From Rhynchobatus australiae (lineage: Eukaryota), in the NCBI GenBank assembly GCA_034780895.1, contig JAUZTB010000107.1, forward strand, positions 94,734,025-94,798,024: a stretch of 64,000 bases of DNA. Reading direction: 5' to 3'. The notes below the pieces were generated by a model that made no database searches, was not told the origin of the DNA, and was given only the letters and a program-made list of their open reading frames with translations. Position 1 is the stretch's first letter, and every line of letters starts with the position of its first letter. A program made the position numbers and the translations under genes. Positions 62,548 to 64,000 of this stretch are shown here, one piece after another.

Positions 62548-63344
62548 GAATTCCAGGAGCTGTAGCTCTTCATCTGTTGCATCTGTGCCACAGCAAGAAG
62601 ATAGAATTAGGTCAGAAAGACCCAAAACGGGACAACCTAAAAAGGACAACTCCAAAAGCAGCTTAAGAGGCGTGAAACGTGGTCCAAGCCCTGATCACAG
62701 CAGTTCAAACTCAACCTGCTCTGCGAAAAGATCCAAAGCACTTCAACCCACTGAGAATCCTACTGAAACACAAAAACACAAGCTGCAAACTAAGTCCCCA
62801 AAGAAAAGGAAGCCCGTGCAGGATCAAATAAGGACTGCTCCAGCAGCATCAACAAGTAAGGTCCAGAGCAGAAAACAGNNNNNNNNNNCCTCCCCTTTTC
62901 AAAAAAGGAAAAAACTTGAACCTGCTGCATCAATAAGTGATTCTCTGGCTGACTCGATCAGTGCTGAAGAGAGGTCTGCTAAACCAACCAAGCTGGCTTC
63001 AAAATCAGCGACCTCAGCCAAAGCTGGGTGTAGCACTGTCACTGATTCTTCTTCCTCTGCCTCCACATCATCTTCCTCCTCTGCTGCTGTGCCTCAGGGA
63101 GCCAGGCTAAAACAAGGAAAAGATCAGAATAAAGCTCGTCGTTCTCGCTCAGCCTCCAGCCCCAGCCCTCGCAGAAGTAGTCGGGAAAAGGAGCAGAACA
63201 AAACTGGTAGTTCCTCCAAATTTGAGTGGGCTGCTCGATTTAGCCCTAAAGTTAGCCTGCCAAAAGCAAAACTGTCACTCCCAGGGTCTTCTAAATCGGA
63301 GACTTCAAAACCAGGGCCTTCAGGCCTCCAAGCAAAGTTAGCCA
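62548..63344 (+). CDS. TRIP12: TRIP12 large exon encoding the Ser/Lys/Arg-rich N-terminal disordered region (alternative start 62557)
   Basis: Contains [24 protein letters not shown]...[29 protein letters not shown]...FSPKVSLPK...[10 protein letters not shown], near-identical to vertebrate TRIP12. Donor GCCA|GTGAGT at 63344/63345. The gene continues beyond the window. Confidence 0.95.
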
Positions 63345-64000
63345 GTGAGTGGTTGAAATTGTGTTTTGACGTAATACAGATTAAGGAACATGCATTTAAA
63401 TGTCCTGATGTGGATTCCATTAATTAAACTGTTTACTGTCTGGATGAGATATTGAACTAACTAACTGACTACTTTAAATGGTGAGGGGTAAATAAACATG
63501 TATTGTGCAAGTTCTGATCCATAGTCAAATTGTTACAGGTACCAGATGTAAATCTTGCCAGTTTGTGCTTCTTGTTTAAAGCAGAATTGCAACATTCTTC
63601 CATGCCATGCCACTGGTGATTTTCTCCAGCCAGTAAATTGCGGTTACATAATAAATCAGGAAAGAAAATCTTTCAAGAATTTTTTTTAAAGCCTACAACC
63701 CTTGCTCAAATGTACAAGGGGATGGAAGAGAAGTAGGGTAATTCCGAGAATACAACAGGACCTTCCCTAAGTAGAAAAAAAATTGAATATGGCCCTTTTC
63801 CAAGGTAGCAAGTTTTCTTCTGTAATCGCTGCATTTTTATCCTTTTGCTGGTGTGGCTACTCTGCCCTATTGAAATGTTGCACTTAACCTGAGTCTCAGC
63901 CTTGTATTATAAATCAAGTTTTGGTGAATTTAGTTTGGAAGAAGGGAGTTGGTGTTCAGTTTTCTCTAAAATAGTGCCACAGGGTTCATCCTTAAACAAG

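Noticed and set aside
63124-63420. 98-aa antisense ORF over the TRIP12 exon
   Set aside because: A shadow of the sense coding sequence, with no independent evidence.
1-64000. CRISPR arrays, prokaryotic operons, rRNA, intact autonomous transposons or endogenous viral ORFs
   Set aside because: None seen. The DNA is vertebrate, and every retroelement ORF is truncated or frameshifted.

Overview
Vertebrate genomic DNA with many N gaps. The repeat content (V-SINE/HE1-type SINEs, Deu-core SINEs, CR1, Rex1/Babar and Penelope-like elements) points to a cartilaginous fish; this is an inference. The window holds the head-to-head FBXO36/TRIP12 locus. FBXO36 is on the minus strand: coding exon 1 at 28636-28731 and the start of exon 2 at 7152-7166, with the rest in gaps or outside the window. 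TRIP12 (HECT E3 ligase) is on the plus strand: a probable non-coding exon 1 ending at 29439 and coding exons at 60744-60841, 61320-61427 and 62548/62557-63344. A CpG-rich bidirectional promoter lies between the two genes. Both first introns (about 21 kb and 31 kb) are filled with decayed retroelements, and the FBXO36 intron holds two solo LTRs with 4-bp TSDs. I found no convincing new multi-gene system. The best leads are regulatory or RNA-level: an overlapping uORF and a GC-AG donor in TRIP12 exon 2, a candidate poison exon in FBXO36, palindromic Penelope-associated repeats with hammerhead-ribozyme-like cores, V-SINEs with two different LINE-derived tails, a pseudoknot-topology inverted repeat and a palindrome-rich candidate enhancer. 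Repeat boundaries were read by eye and are approximate. Comparisons with human proteins and repeat consensi are from memory, not from a search.
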